NCBI GenBank assembly: GCA_024650005.2
Contig: CP122380.1
Coordinates: 864,001 to 928,000, forward strand
DNA from: Candidatus Bathyarchaeum tardum
GTDB lineage: Archaea > Thermoproteota > Bathyarchaeia > Bathyarchaeales > Bathyarchaeaceae
Direction of reading: 5' to 3'
Length of the DNA stretch: 64,000 nucleotides
The notes beneath the pieces are model-generated. The model was given only the letters and a program-made list of their open reading frames with translations. It did no database searches and was not told the origin of the DNA. The position numbers and the translations under genes are program-made. Numbering within the stretch: the stretch's first letter is position 1; each line of letters begins with the position of its first letter. Below, one piece after another: positions 63,107 to 64,000 of the stretch.

Positions 63107-63754
63107 TCACAGTTTGGCTTTTGTTAGGAGTTTTTCTACGAATATTGATAACGTTTCTATGCTTGGGAAATCATCTACGGTTTCAGCTGACAAGTTGATT
63201 TGAATGGTTGCTATTTCTTCGTCTTCATCAAGCATTGATGTCTCAAAAGTATCTAGTTCTGCATAGTCTTCGGTTTCTGGGCAATCAGCTTTTTCAATTA
63301 GTTTTCTTAGTTTTTCGATATTGATTTTTTCAGTCTCTACATATGAACTAGCGAGGATAGAAGGACCCCCAGATTCTAACCAAATATTAAATTCGTCGAT
63401 ATGCAAGTTGCAGTCTTTATGGGCATTGAAGCTTATCGATAAACTGTTATCATCAATGTCAAATTCCATGTCATTCAGCAAATAGAGACCCTTAACGCCC
63501 AGTTTGTCCAGTATGGGATTGAATAGGTTATCAATTGCATTGCGTCCAGCATAAAACACAGAATAAATTGCTGAGGTTAGATCTATTGGAACTTTAGATT
63601 CTTTTCGAATAGTTTTGATGCTGTGTGATTCCGTTGAAACTGCATTAATAACATCCAATATTACTTGGTTAACATCCCTATTGTATAATTGTCCCAAAGA
63701 AGAAAGCTCTTCATAATCCTTCTCAGGAAGATCCAAAGATATTTTCTTAGTCAT
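63107..63754 (-). CDS. Hypothetical protein with N-terminal ribbon-helix-helix-like motif
   Basis: MTKKISLDLPEKDYEELSSLGQLYNRDVNQVI. Confidence 0.7.
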   Translation of the reverse strand: MTKKISLDLPEKDYEELSSLGQLYNRDVNQVILDVINAVSTESHSIKTIRKESKVPIDLTSAIYSVFYAGRNAIDNLFNPILDKLGVKGLYLLNDMEFDIDDNSLSISFNAHKDCNLHIDEFNIWLESGGPSILASSYVETEKINIEKLRKLIEKADCPETEDYAELDTFETSMLDEDEEIATIQINLSAETVDDFPSIETLSIFVEKLLTKAKL

Positions 63755-64000
63755 AACTTAAGCTATCAAAAGATTTAGTTAAAAGATTTTCAGCCAATAA
63801 GACATAGTAATTTGGTGAACATGTGTTTTAGCAATAACTGAACTTTTGAGGCTATTTTTGGAGTTTAGGTGCACATCTATCAAAGGCAAATTTTAGACAT
63901 TTTTCAAGCTCTGCTATATTGGACGGATTATTGATTTTTGGGTACGAAGTGAGAACATCTAGCCGACTGTCAAATACTCTTTCCCTTGAAGCATTAACTA

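Larger units (their letters stand above)
59993..64000. mobile_element. Probable tRNA-Gly-associated genomic island (left end; continues past window)
   Basis: Follows the tRNA directly; Zn-finger micro-ORF, HTH protein, AbiE TA pair, duplicated gene fragment and RHH-like gene; no integrase or attR seen in window. Confidence 0.55.

Noticed and set aside
59993-64000. attR copy of the tRNA-Gly 3' end, or an integrase
   Set aside because: Neither was found within the window; they may lie beyond it.

Overview
Archaeal chromosomal window. A TACK lineage, most likely Bathyarchaeia, is inferred from the 23S rRNA features, class I LysRS, Trm1, RadA, PoK/PPS and a Cren7-like domain. It contains housekeeping genes (trm1, radA, nth, lysS, split class I fumarase, htrA) and surface proteins. 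It also has a five-gene beta-oxidation-type cluster, an RNase P RNA divergent from a stand-alone 23S rRNA, two radical SAM genes, a probably imported heme catalase, a six-gene coenzyme A operon, tRNA-Gly(CCC), and the start of a tRNA-adjacent island with an AbiE toxin-antitoxin pair. The top finding is the CoA operon (pok-pps-mfnA-[Hps-RraA fusion]-panE-coaBC). It covers every step from ketopantoate to phosphopantetheine but has no panB, and its only unexplained gene fuses hexulose-6-phosphate synthase to an RraA/HMG-aldolase domain. This suggests a folate-independent PanB replacement that makes ketopantoate from ketoisovalerate plus formaldehyde released by the Hps domain (hypothesis). Other notable signals are an AbiE cassette bracketed by diverged copies of a gene 3' end, a GIY-YIG/DUF5752/Cren7-like fusion, several palindromic operators, unannotated micro-ORFs and kb-scale A/C versus G/T skew domains. 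All family calls come from motif recognition by eye; no database searches were run.
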